A DNA stretch of 52,970 nucleotides, from positions 1 to 52,970 of the forward strand of contig CAZMSZ010000004.1 of NCBI GenBank assembly GCA_964569055.1, read 5' to 3'. The notes under the pieces were generated by a model. It did no database searches, had not been told where the DNA came from, and was given only the letters and a program-made list of their open reading frames with translations. Below, piece after piece: positions 8,124-16,853 of this stretch (within the stretch, counting starts at the first letter, position 1; every line of letters begins with the position of its first letter). The translations under genes and the position numbers were made by a program. The DNA comes from an uncultured Planctomycetota bacterium (GTDB taxonomy: Bacteria; Planctomycetota; J058).

Positions 8124-9542
8124 TCAGCGGAGGAGCTTGACCGCGATGACGGCGGCCGCGAGCACGACCAGGCCGAGCGCGAGGGTGAGCGCGAGCGCGA
8201 GGCCCGGCACGGGCTCGTCCTCCTCCTCGTCGCCGCCCTCGTCGCGCGTCGGGGACGTCCCGCGCCGGGCGGGCGCGCCGGTGTAGGGCCGCACCGTGCG
8301 GTCGCCGGCCAGCCAGGCGTCGAGCTCGTCGGCGAAGGCGGCGGCCGAGGGCGGCCGGTCGGCGGGGTCGCCCGCGAGCGCGCGACGGCAGATCGCGTCG
8401 AGGGCCGGGTCGATCGTGGGGTCCAGCTCGGCGGGCGAGACGATGTCGTTCTCGAGCACGCGCTTGAGCGCCTGCCGCAGGTTGCCGTCGCCGAGCTCGA
8501 GCGGCGCGCGGCCGGTCAGGGCGAAGTACAGGATCCCGCTCAGCCCGTACACGTCGCTCCGCGGGTCCACGCGCTTGCTGTCGCGGACCTGCTCGGGCGG
8601 CATGTAGGTCGGCGTCCCCATGACGGCGCCTGTGGCGGTCAGCCCCTGCACGGCGTCGACCGCCTTGGCGATCCCGAAGTCGGTGAGGCGGACGCCGCCG
8701 TCCGCGGTCACGATCACGTTGTGCGGCTTGAGGTCGCGGTGGATCACCCCGTGCTCGTGGGCGAAGGCCACCACGCGGGCCACGTCGCGCACGAGCTCGA
8801 CGGCCCGTCCGCGCTCGACCCGGTCCACGACCACGTCGAGGGGCTCGCCCGAGACGTAGTCCATCACGTAGTACAGGACGCCCGAGGGGAGCGACCCCGA
8901 CGCGCGCACCGCCACGATCCCGGGGTGCTGCCCGAGGCGCTCCCCGAGCGCGGCCTCGCGGCGGAAGCGCTCCACGTCCTGCGGGCGGGCGCGCGCGGCG
9001 TTGCGCAGCACCTTGACCGCCACGCGCGCGCCGGTCGCCTGATCGAGGCCCGCGTACACCACGCCCATCCCGCCGCGCGCGACCTCGCCCTGGATCGCGA
9101 ACCGTCCGTCGAGGAGCGGCGGGACCGGCGCGGCGTCGCGGGCGGCGCGCCCCTCGGGCGCCAGGCCGGGTCGCGGGGTCGCGGGCGGCGGCGGGGCGGT
9201 CGTGCCGGCGGTCTGGCCGGGCGGGACCCGCGCCGCGTCCCCGCTCACGACGGCGAACGGGTAGCGCGAGGCGCCGAGCTGGATCCGGTCGCCGGGCGCG
9301 GCGAGCGCGGAGCCCGCCACGGGCACCCCATTGACGAACGTGGCGCCGCCGCTGCGGTCCACCACGCTCAGCGCGTCGGGGCCGACGTGGAGCTCGCAGT
9401 GGCGCGGCAGGGTGGCGGGGTCGCCGCAGGGGACGTGGGGCGCCGGGCTCGCGTCCGCGCGCCCGATCACGAGCAGCGCCCCGGGCCGGCAGGGGTGGAC
9501 GGCGCCCGTCACGCCGTCGAGGAGGAGGAGCTGGGCGTCCAC
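8124..9542 (-). CDS. Ser/Thr protein kinase with N-terminal FHA domain and C-terminal TM anchor
   Basis: FHA-like N-terminus (LLVIGRADAS...LPRHCELHV...GATFVNGVPV). Hanks kinase motifs: GEVARGGMGVVY, VAVKVL, HRDLKPHNVIV, DFGIAK, GTPTYMPPE. Hydrophobic tail LALALTLALGLVVLAAAVIAV. Confidence 0.9.
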   Translation of the reverse strand: MDAQLLLLDGVTGAVHPCRPGALLVIGRADASPAPHVPCGDPATLPRHCELHVGPDALSVVDRSGGATFVNGVPVAGSALAAPGDRIQLGASRYPFAVVSGDAARVPPGQTAGTTAPPPPATPRPGLAPEGRAARDAAPVPPLLDGRFAIQGEVARGGMGVVYAGLDQATGARVAVKVLRNAARARPQDVERFRREAALGERLGQHPGIVAVRASGSLPSGVLYYVMDYVSGEPLDVVVDRVERGRAVELVRDVARVVAFAHEHGVIHRDLKPHNVIVTADGGVRLTDFGIAKAVDAVQGLTATGAVMGTPTYMPPEQVRDSKRVDPRSDVYGLSGILYFALTGRAPLELGDGNLRQALKRVLENDIVSPAELDPTIDPALDAICRRALAGDPADRPPSAAAFADELDAWLAGDRTVRPYTGAPARRGTSPTRDEGGDEEEDEPVPGLALALTLALGLVVLAAAVIAVKLLR

Positions 9543-9636
9543 GGCGTCAGCCTACTCGACCGACCGGGCCGCGCGGACACCGCACGCGCGCCGCGGCGCG
9601 CTTGACGTGACCGCCCGACCGCCCCATGCTCGCGGC

Positions 9637-10527
9637 ATGCCGCGCGCGCGAGTGGGCGAGGTCGAGCTCGAGTACGACGTCCGGGGCGCCGGGCCGCCGC
9701 TGGTGCTGATCATGGGGATCGGCGCCCAGCTGATCCACTGGCCCGAGCCGTTCTGCGACCAGCTCGCCGCCCACGGCCTGACGGTGATCCGGTTCGACAA
9801 CCGCGACGCGGGGCGCTCGACCTGCCTCGAGCACCTGCCGCCGCCGCGCCTGCTGCCCAACGTGCTGCGCGTGCTGCTCGGGCGGCGCGCCCACGCGCCC
9901 TACAGCTTGAGCGACATGGCCGCCGACGTGGTCGGGCTCCTCGACGCGCTCGAGCTCGAGGACGCCCACGTGGTCGGGATCTCGATGGGCGGCATGATCG
10001 CGCAGGTCCTCGCAATCGAGCACCCGGCGCGCGTGCGCACCCTGACCTCGTTCGCCTCGACCCCGGGCGACCGCCGCTTCGCCCGCCCGCGCGCGCTGGC
10101 GTCGCTGCTGGATCCGGTGCCGAGCGACCGTCAGGCCGCGATCCGGCGCAGCCTCAAGATCATGAAGGCGATCGGCAGCCCCGACTACCCCATGGACGAG
10201 GCGGCGTTCCTCGAGATCGCCCACCACGCCTACGAGCGCGGCGTCAGCAGCGCGGGGTTCGCGCGCCAGTTCGCCGCGATCCTGGCCTCGGGCAACCGCC
10301 TCCGCCGACTGGCCGACGTGCGCGCGCCCACGCTGGTGCTCCACGGCGCCGAGGACCCGCTGATCCCGCTCGCCGCCGGCGAGGCGACCGCCGCCGCGAT
10401 CCCGGGCGCCGTGCTCGAGGTGATCCCGGGCCTAGGGCACGACCTCCCTCGCCCGCTGTGGCCGAGGATCACCGCCCGGATCGCCGACCACGTGCTTCGC
10501 CACGAGCAGCAGGCTGCGCCGCGCTGA
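9637..10527 (+). CDS. Alpha/beta-fold hydrolase
   Basis: Track ORF 9331..10527 trimmed to the ATG at 9637 (MPRARVGEVELEYDVRGAGPPLVLIMG). Nucleophile elbow GISMGG, and HGAEDPLIP...GHD near the C-terminus. Confidence 0.85.
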   Translation: MPRARVGEVELEYDVRGAGPPLVLIMGIGAQLIHWPEPFCDQLAAHGLTVIRFDNRDAGRSTCLEHLPPPRLLPNVLRVLLGRRAHAPYSLSDMAADVVGLLDALELEDAHVVGISMGGMIAQVLAIEHPARVRTLTSFASTPGDRRFARPRALASLLDPVPSDRQAAIRRSLKIMKAIGSPDYPMDEAAFLEIAHHAYERGVSSAGFARQFAAILASGNRLRRLADVRAPTLVLHGAEDPLIPLAAGEATAAAIPGAVLEVIPGLGHDLPRPLWPRITARIADHVLRHEQQAAPR

Positions 10528-10608
10528 GGCGCTCGCTTCACGCCGCCTCGGCGCTGATCGCGGCACGAGGAGCTGGTCGGGAGCCCTCCTACAGGTCAGG
10601 ATCTCGCC

Positions 10609-11106
10609 GTGACCGCGGCGCGCTGTCCGTACTGCCACGATCGGCTGGAGAAACCCGACCTACCGCTCGCCACGTGCGCGGACTGCGGGACGCCGTTCCA
10701 TCGCCTCTGCCTGGAGGAGCTCGGCCGCTGCACCACCCTCGGCTGCGCGGGCGCCGAGCTCGAGCCTGAGCGCGCCTCGCCCCAGGAGCTGCTCCTGCGC
10801 GCGCTGCTCGACCTACAGTCTTACGCCGCCCACGGCCCTATTCCAGCCGAGGCACGGGCCGAGGTCGGGCACCTCGTATCGCTGCTCGATCCGGCAGAGG
10901 TGGAACGGGTGCGTGAGCGGGCCCGTAAGGTCCGCAGCTACGACGACGTCGTCGAGGACCGCGCGCGGGTGCGTCGCGCCGTCCCTTCCGCGGGCCCCTG
11001 GACCGGCCCGACCCGCCGCCCGCTGAGCCGGACCGCCATCGTGATCCTGTTCGTCTGGTCCCTGGCGGCGCTCGTGCTCGTCGTGTCGGCCGCGATGCGG
11101 GCCTGA
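10609..11106 (+). CDS. C4HC3 zinc-finger (prokaryotic RING-like) protein with C-terminal TM helix
   Basis: GTG start. Residues 6-46, CPYC-x13-CADC-x4-H-x2-C-x6-C-x4-C, provide eight ligands in C4HC3 order. Hydrophobic tail IVILFVWSLAALVLVVSAAM. Confidence 0.7.
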   Translation: MTAARCPYCHDRLEKPDLPLATCADCGTPFHRLCLEELGRCTTLGCAGAELEPERASPQELLLRALLDLQSYAAHGPIPAEARAEVGHLVSLLDPAEVERVRERARKVRSYDDVVEDRARVRRAVPSAGPWTGPTRRPLSRTAIVILFVWSLAALVLVVSAAMRA

Positions 11107-11113
11107 TCGCCTA

Positions 11114-11503
11114 CTACACCGCCCAGCGCCGGCGCCGGGTGGCCTCCCCCTCGCGGGTCCGGCGGCTCGCGATGAACAGGGCCAGCGCGTCGCGGTGCGG
11201 CGGCTCGATGTCGATGAACGTGAGCCCGACCTCGTAGCCTTCGCCGACGCGCACGACCGAGCGGACCTCGCCCAGGGCCTCGACCAGCCGCTCGCGCAGC
11301 GCGATGCTCAGCCGGACGCGCGCGCCGACCTCGAGCGCGCGGTGGAGCTGGACCCGGACGCCGCTGCGCGAGAGGTCGACCGTCCGGCCGAGGATCAGCT
11401 CGCGCGCCCGCGCGCCCTCGGGGTGGGGAGCGAGGTTGATGAGCACGCTCACCCGGAGCCGCGGCTCTCGCCGTCGCTCGGGGAGCAGACGCGGACCGGC
11501 CAC
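11114..11503 (-). CDS. PilZ-domain protein (putative c-di-GMP receptor)
   Basis: 129 aa with both PilZ signatures: RRREPR (RxxxR) and DLSRSG (D/NxSxxG). Confidence 0.8.
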   Translation of the reverse strand: MAGPRLLPERRREPRLRVSVLINLAPHPEGARARELILGRTVDLSRSGVRVQLHRALEVGARVRLSIALRERLVEALGEVRSVVRVGEGYEVGLTFIDIEPPHRDALALFIASRRTREGEATRRRRWAV

Positions 11504-11592
11504 GAGCCACCTCCCGGGCGGAGGTAGCGCAAGCGGCGCGCCCGCCGCCGCCGGGGCGCGAAGGAGCGAAGCGCGGGCCGGGACGGGCGCAC

Positions 11593-11618
11593 CGCGCGGG
11601 ACGTCACGGTCCCGCGCG
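11593..11618 (-). terminator. GC-rich hairpin downstream of the 11676-14335 operon (possible intrinsic terminator without a U-tract)
   Basis: cgcgcgggac / gtcacg / gtcccgcgcg: perfect 10-bp stem with a 6-nt loop, 58 nt past the stop of the upstream minus-strand gene. No T-run follows. Confidence 0.3.
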
Positions 11619-11675
11619 CGCGCGGCTGTCCGCGGCTCGGCTCGGAGCTGGGGCTCGGGGGCGACGAGGGCCGGC

Positions 11676-12809
11676 TCAGGCCTTGGCGATCGCCGCCCGC
11701 AGCCCCTGCTCGCGCGCGCGCTCGAGGTAGTCGCGCAGCAGCGAGCTGATCCGGAACACCAGCGGCGTGAGGGCCGCCCCCAGCACGATCGGCAGGGTGT
11801 AGCGGTACCCCCAGTGGCGCAGGTCCGACCCCTCGGTCAGGGCCACCGCCACGACCACGCCCACGATCGCGGTCAGGATCCCCCAGCCGATCCCGCCGAG
11901 GATGGCGCCGCCGATCACGTTGCCCACGCCGACGGGCTCCTCGACCACCTCCACCGGGCAGCGGAACAGGACCAGCGGCAGGAACACCCCCGCGTGGTCC
12001 TCGGTCAGCTTGAGCTTGGGGGCGCCCTCGTTCTGGTGCTCGGGCTTGAGCGCCAGCTCGAGCACGTAGCTGTTCGCCCCCAGCCCGCTCGCCCGGCGCA
12101 CCGTGACCTTCTCCGCCAGCGGCAGCAGGTAGCTGATCAGGCTGTAGTGCGTCGTGGTGCGGGTCGCGTTGCCGAGGTGCTCGGTCTGGATCGTGGTCCC
12201 CAGCAGGCCGGCGCGCAGGTTGGTGACCAGCAGCTTGGCCTTGCCCTTGGCGCCCGCCGTGCGGAGCTGGCCCTCGTAGTCGACGCCGAAGATGATGTCG
12301 GTCAGGACCTCCTTCTCGGTCAGCCAGCCGGCCAGGATCTCGCGCTCCTTGCCGTCGAGCAGGCCGATCAGGCGGCTCATGCGCTCGGCCTCGTCGTCGC
12401 GGAACACGATCGACATCTCCGCGCCGTCGCGCTGCGCCTGGCCGTAGACGTGGGCCATGGGGCCGATCCCCGACACGCACACGTTCTGCCCGCCCGCGGT
12501 CACCACCAGCCCGGTCTGGCCGTCCATGTCCTTCACCAAGGCCACCCGGGTGACCTTCTGGAGCTGCGGCGCGGCCCCGCCGCTGACGCGCGCGGCGCTG
12601 GCCTCGGCCCCGTAGACCAGGAAGCCGCCGTCGGGGAGCGGCGCGAACGTGGTCGCGCCCATCTGGACCGCCTGCTTGCAGGCCGCCTCCACGGCGGTCC
12701 AGGCGCCGCCGCGCCGCAGCCAGGCGAGCGCCACCAGGCCGAGCGCCACGGCCCCGATCGTGCCGAGGTAGACCGCCAGCGCCCCGTACGCGAACGGATC
12801 GAAGACCAT
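11676..12809 (-). CDS. Hypothetical membrane protein (N-terminal TM, ~270-aa soluble region, C-terminal TM pair)
   Basis: Tail of track ORF 11676..14786(-), trimmed to the ATG at 12809 (MVFDPFAYGALAVYLG...) preceded by GGAGGAGG. It starts 14 nt after the stop of the upstream gene. High GC3. No family recognised. Confidence 0.7.
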   Translation of the reverse strand: MVFDPFAYGALAVYLGTIGAVALGLVALAWLRRGGAWTAVEAACKQAVQMGATTFAPLPDGGFLVYGAEASAARVSGGAAPQLQKVTRVALVKDMDGQTGLVVTAGGQNVCVSGIGPMAHVYGQAQRDGAEMSIVFRDDEAERMSRLIGLLDGKEREILAGWLTEKEVLTDIIFGVDYEGQLRTAGAKGKAKLLVTNLRAGLLGTTIQTEHLGNATRTTTHYSLISYLLPLAEKVTVRRASGLGANSYVLELALKPEHQNEGAPKLKLTEDHAGVFLPLVLFRCPVEVVEEPVGVGNVIGGAILGGIGWGILTAIVGVVVAVALTEGSDLRHWGYRYTLPIVLGAALTPLVFRISSLLRDYLERAREQGLRAAIAKA

Positions 12810-12823
12810 CGCCTCCTCCACGG

Positions 12824-14335
12824 CTACTCCCCCCGCGCTTCGATCGCGCGCACCGCGGCGGCGACCTCGTCCTTGAACATGATGTCCCGCTGCTCGCGGC
12901 CCTTGGGGCCGGTCGTCGTCTCGATGTACGAGTCGGGGTCCTCGGCGTAGCGGGCCAGGATCGGGAGCACCGGCGCGGAGCCGGTGTCCTGCAGCACCTT
13001 GAAGCCCATCTTCTTGTAGATCCAGAACACCTGCGTCGGGTCGCCTTCGGCCTCGTCGAGCAGGCGCGCGAGGTTCTCGCCGATCCGCACCCCGCCGGCC
13101 TCGCCGGTCGCGCGGAGCATCGCCTCGTAGATCTCGACCTCCTTGACCATGAACTGGTCCTTCTTGGCGATGTAGCGGAACATCACGTCGATCAGCTTCT
13201 CGGGCGTCAGGCGCACCTGGAGCGTGTTGGCGCAGTACTCGGCCACCTCGGGGTCGAACGCCGAGAGCCCGTGGACGAAGCAGAAGTCGACCGGCTCGTT
13301 GTCCGGGACCTCGCGCATCGCCTTGAGCATCTCCTTGACCCGGAAGGCGAGCTGCGAGAAGCGCGCGGCCACCTGCCGGGCCTCGGCGACCACCTCGGCG
13401 GGGATCGGCTCGCCGCCGCGGCTCGCCTGCTCCTCGACGGCCATCTGGACCTGCATCGCCCAGCGCAGCCCCCCCTCGGAGAACACGCCCTCCTCGTACG
13501 CGGTCAGCTGCTCCTGGCAGTAGCCGGTCAGGAACTCGATGTTGACGTCGCGCAGCGCCTCGGCCGCGAGGTTCACGATCGAGCGCTCCTCGCGGTACAG
13601 CGCCTCCTTGAGCTCCTCGGTGCCCGCCTTGCCGAACGCGAGCAGGCTCTCGGCCTCCTCCTCGAACCGGCCGCCGCTCCCCTGCGAGGCCACGTACGCG
13701 AGGATCGCGTCGATGTGGGCCGGGTCCTTGGTGCTGGCGAGCACGCGGTGCCAGCGCCCGCGCTCCGCGAGCGGCTCGATCTTCACGACGTGCGGGGCCA
13801 GCGCCTCGGGCGGATAGTCCGCCTCGAGGTGGGCCCGCACCTGCAGGTCGACCTCGCCGTGGAGCTCGCCCTCGCCGAGCAACTCGAACAGCGGCGGGAC
13901 GGCGGCCGCCCCGAACGTGGCCAGGCTCTTCAGCGCCGCGTCGGCGTCCTCGTCGGCCCTCCAGCTGCGGAGGGCGGCCAGGTAGGCCACGATCGCCGGG
14001 GCGTGGCTCGCGTCGCCGGTCGAGGCCAGCGTCGCGTGGAACGCGCCCCGGTCCGCCGGCTCGGAGAGCGCGAGCACCCGCTCGAGCACCTCGGCGGGGG
14101 GGAGCTCCATCGCGTATCGCCGCGCGCGATCCCGGTTGTGCTGGAACTCCCCCTTGTCGGCGAGCACCGCGAAGAAGTGGGGCGCTCGCACCACGTGGAG
14201 GAACCCCACGGCGGCGGCGACCCCCGCGATCACCGCGAGGAGCCCGACGCCGCACGAGCCGTGCGGCTTGATCGGGTCGGGCACGTCGAAGGTCTTGAGG
14301 TCGGAGACGTCGGGCCGGGGGTCTGGTTCGGCCAT
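12824..14335 (-). CDS. Membrane-anchored HEAT-repeat-like protein, function unknown
   Basis: Track ORF trimmed to the ATG at 14335 (MAEPDPRPDV...). One TM helix (GVGLLAVIAGVAAAVGFL). Repeated helical units resembling PBS-lyase/HEAT repeats (APAIVAYLAAL..., AHIDAILAYVAS..., NLAAEALRDV). Confidence 0.7.
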   Translation of the reverse strand: MAEPDPRPDVSDLKTFDVPDPIKPHGSCGVGLLAVIAGVAAAVGFLHVVRAPHFFAVLADKGEFQHNRDRARRYAMELPPAEVLERVLALSEPADRGAFHATLASTGDASHAPAIVAYLAALRSWRADEDADAALKSLATFGAAAVPPLFELLGEGELHGEVDLQVRAHLEADYPPEALAPHVVKIEPLAERGRWHRVLASTKDPAHIDAILAYVASQGSGGRFEEEAESLLAFGKAGTEELKEALYREERSIVNLAAEALRDVNIEFLTGYCQEQLTAYEEGVFSEGGLRWAMQVQMAVEEQASRGGEPIPAEVVAEARQVAARFSQLAFRVKEMLKAMREVPDNEPVDFCFVHGLSAFDPEVAEYCANTLQVRLTPEKLIDVMFRYIAKKDQFMVKEVEIYEAMLRATGEAGGVRIGENLARLLDEAEGDPTQVFWIYKKMGFKVLQDTGSAPVLPILARYAEDPDSYIETTTGPKGREQRDIMFKDEVAAAVRAIEARGE

Positions 14336-14438
14336 GCAGGGCTCCTGGCACGCGTAGGCGCGCCATTGTGCGGCCGGCCCGGCGGGCCGCAAGGCCGTTC
14401 CGGCCAGGCCCGTTATCCTCAGGCGCGGCAAGCAGGAG

Positions 14439-15005
14439 GTGCGGATGGCGCACGACAACCCCTGGCGCACGGTCTCGAGCCGCTGGGTCTACGAGAACGG
14501 CTGGATGCGCGTGCGCGAGGACCAGGTGATCCGCCCCGACGGCTCGCCGGGGCTGTACGGCGTGGTCGTGCCGACCCACGTGGCCACGGGGGTGGTCGCG
14601 CTCGACGAGGCGGACCGCGTCACCCTGGTGGGTCAGTGGCGCTATCCGCTCGAGCGCTACTCGTGGGAGATCGTGGAGGGCGGCGCCGACCCCGGCGAGG
14701 AGCCGCTCGCCGCCGCCCAGCGCGAGCTGCGCGAGGAGGCGGGCCTGCTCGCGGCCCAGTGGAGCCCGCTCGGGGGCGAGCTCCACCTCAGCAACTGCTT
14801 CACGTCGGAGGTCGGCTTCCTCTACCTCGCCCGGCGCCTGACGCAGGTCGAGGCCGAGCCCGACCCGACCGAGCGGCTGACGCTCCGGCGCGTGCCCCTG
14901 GCCGAGGCGGTGGCGATGGTGGAGCGCGGCGCGATCACCGACGCCATGAGCGTGATGGGGCTCCTGCTCGCGGCGCGGGCGCTCAGCGGCTGCCGCTCGG
15001 CGTGA
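14439..15005 (+). CDS. NUDIX hydrolase (ADP-ribose pyrophosphatase-like)
   Basis: Nudix box GGADPGEEPLAAAQRELREEAGL (Gx5Ex7REUxEExGU). The start could instead be the ATG at 14445. Confidence 0.85.
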   Translation: MRMAHDNPWRTVSSRWVYENGWMRVREDQVIRPDGSPGLYGVVVPTHVATGVVALDEADRVTLVGQWRYPLERYSWEIVEGGADPGEEPLAAAQRELREEAGLLAAQWSPLGGELHLSNCFTSEVGFLYLARRLTQVEAEPDPTERLTLRRVPLAEAVAMVERGAITDAMSVMGLLLAARALSGCRSA

Positions 15006-15477
15006 ACGCCGGCTCGATCGCCTGCTCGCGCTGCACGATCAGGGCGTCGCGCTGGTGCTCCGCCTGCTCCGCGAGGCCCTCGAAGTCGAACCCGTCGAGG
15101 CGATGCTCGCGGATCTTGGCCCACGAGAGCGTGCGCCACACCATGGTCTGGGACTCGAGCGCCACGATGAGCGTCTCGAGCTCGTAGATCCGCGCCAGGT
15201 CGGTGTAGCGCAGGGTCATCTCGTTGGGCTTGAGGCGCCCCACCAGCTCGCCGAGGCGGGCGACGCCCGCCTTGAGCCAGCTCTCGCTGCCGCCCACGGC
15301 CTCGAGCGCCCGCCGCATCTCGCGCTGCCCCGTGTGCAGCTCGTCGATCACGCGCTCGAGCACGCCGGCCAGCGGCTGCTCGGGGTTGTTGCGGCGGCAG
15401 CGGCGCGCGAGCGCCAGCGCGCCCGTGTTGGTCGCGAGGTGATCCTGGAGGTAGAGACGCAGGTACTGATCGGGCAC
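14983..15477 (-). CDS. Hypothetical helical protein
   Basis: Track ORF 14983..16503(-) trimmed to the GTG at 15477, which has AGGAGG 6 nt upstream. The 164-aa product is predicted all-helical (YLRLYLQDHLATNTGALALARR...). Its 3' end overlaps the convergent NUDIX gene by 23 nt. No family recognised. Confidence 0.55.
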   Translation of the reverse strand: MPDQYLRLYLQDHLATNTGALALARRCRRNNPEQPLAGVLERVIDELHTGQREMRRALEAVGGSESWLKAGVARLGELVGRLKPNEMTLRYTDLARIYELETLIVALESQTMVWRTLSWAKIREHRLDGFDFEGLAEQAEHQRDALIVQREQAIEPAFTPSGSR

Positions 15478-15700
15478 GGTGACCTCCTGAGCTCGGCGTC
15501 GCTCGGGGTACCCGGCGCAAACGCGAGGCCGGCGGGCGGGCGCGCCGGGCGGCGAGGCGCGAGGCGCGTCAGGGTCGGCCCGTCCCGTCGCGCCCGGTCT
15601 CGGGCGCGAGTCGCCGCCGTTCCCCGCCCGGGCTCCGAGGGGCCGAGCGGCGCACGCTGCGCCCTTTGCTGGGCCGGCGCAGCCGGCGCCAGGAGGATCC

Positions 15701-16822
15701 ATGAGCGACTCGTCGGCCCAAGGGACCGCCCCGGGGCTGCGCGCTGCGCGCGAGGAGCTGGAGCGGCGGTGGACCGGGCGCATGGCGCGCGTCGGGGCCG
15801 GGGAGCTGGTCGCCCCGGCCGTGAGCCGCGCGCTCCCCGACCTCGTCGAGCTGATGGACCGCGCGCTGGCGCGCGAGGAGCCCGCGCCCGAGCGGGCGGC
15901 CGCGGCGCTCGGGCACGCGCTGCCCGACGACGAGGCCGCGCCCCTCGCGCTGTGGCGCAGCTTGCAGGCGCTGCGCGACGCCGCGCTCGAGCTGCTCGCG
16001 GAGCGCGGCGCCGCCGCGCCCGAGGCGCGCGCCCTCCTGGGCGACGCGCTGGCGAGCGTGGCGGTGGGCGCGGGCGCGCACGCGCTCGGTCGCGCCCGGG
16101 CCGAGGCGGCCCTGGCGGCCGGGGACCGCGCGCGGCACCAGGCGTTCATGCGCCAGCTCGCGCACGAGCTGCGCACGCCGCTCAACGCCGTGAGCCTCAG
16201 CTTGCAGCTGTTCGAGCGCGCCCTCGACGAGGTGGGCCGCCAGCGCGCGCTCGACGCCGCGCGCCGCAGCCTGCGCCAGCTCGAGGCCATGTCGCTCAAC
16301 CTGCTCGACGCCAACCGCGTGCTCTCCGACCGGCCGCTCCCGCTGCAGCTCGAGCCGCTCGACCTGCTGGACGTCTGCCAGGCCGTGTGCCGCGACCTCG
16401 AGGCGCACACCTGGCGCGACCGGTGCCGGGTCGAGGGCCCCTCGGTCCACGGCTGGTGGGGCGGGCACGCGGTGCGCCGCCTGCTCACGGCCCTGATCGA
16501 CAACGCGCTCCGCTACGGCAGCTGGCAGAGCCCCGTCACCGTCCGCCTGATCCCCCGCGGGGAGCGGGTCACGGTCGAGGTCCACAACCACGGCAAGCCG
16601 CTGAGCCCCGAGCGCCAGCGCGCGCTGCTGGCCGGACGCCTGCAGCCCACCGAAGAGGGCAGCACCCCCGGCCGCCTCGGCGTCGGCCTCCTCCTGGCCC
16701 GCGGCCTGGCCGAGGCCCACCACGGCCGCCTCTCCGTGCGCAGCGACGCCGACGGGACGACGTTCAGCGTGGACCTCCCGCGCGACACCCGCCTGGCCCG
16801 CAGCCGCCGCCGCGCGGCGTGA
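15701..16822 (+). CDS. Sensor histidine kinase (soluble, no obvious TM)
   Basis: AGGAGGA RBS. H-box LAHELRTPLNAV, N-box DNALRYG, G-box GVGLLLARGLAEAHHGRL. Confidence 0.85.
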   Translation: MSDSSAQGTAPGLRAAREELERRWTGRMARVGAGELVAPAVSRALPDLVELMDRALAREEPAPERAAAALGHALPDDEAAPLALWRSLQALRDAALELLAERGAAAPEARALLGDALASVAVGAGAHALGRARAEAALAAGDRARHQAFMRQLAHELRTPLNAVSLSLQLFERALDEVGRQRALDAARRSLRQLEAMSLNLLDANRVLSDRPLPLQLEPLDLLDVCQAVCRDLEAHTWRDRCRVEGPSVHGWWGGHAVRRLLTALIDNALRYGSWQSPVTVRLIPRGERVTVEVHNHGKPLSPERQRALLAGRLQPTEEGSTPGRLGVGLLLARGLAEAHHGRLSVRSDADGTTFSVDLPRDTRLARSRRRAA

Positions 16823-16853
16823 GGTGAGCCGGCAGCCAGCCTCTCGGTCCGCG

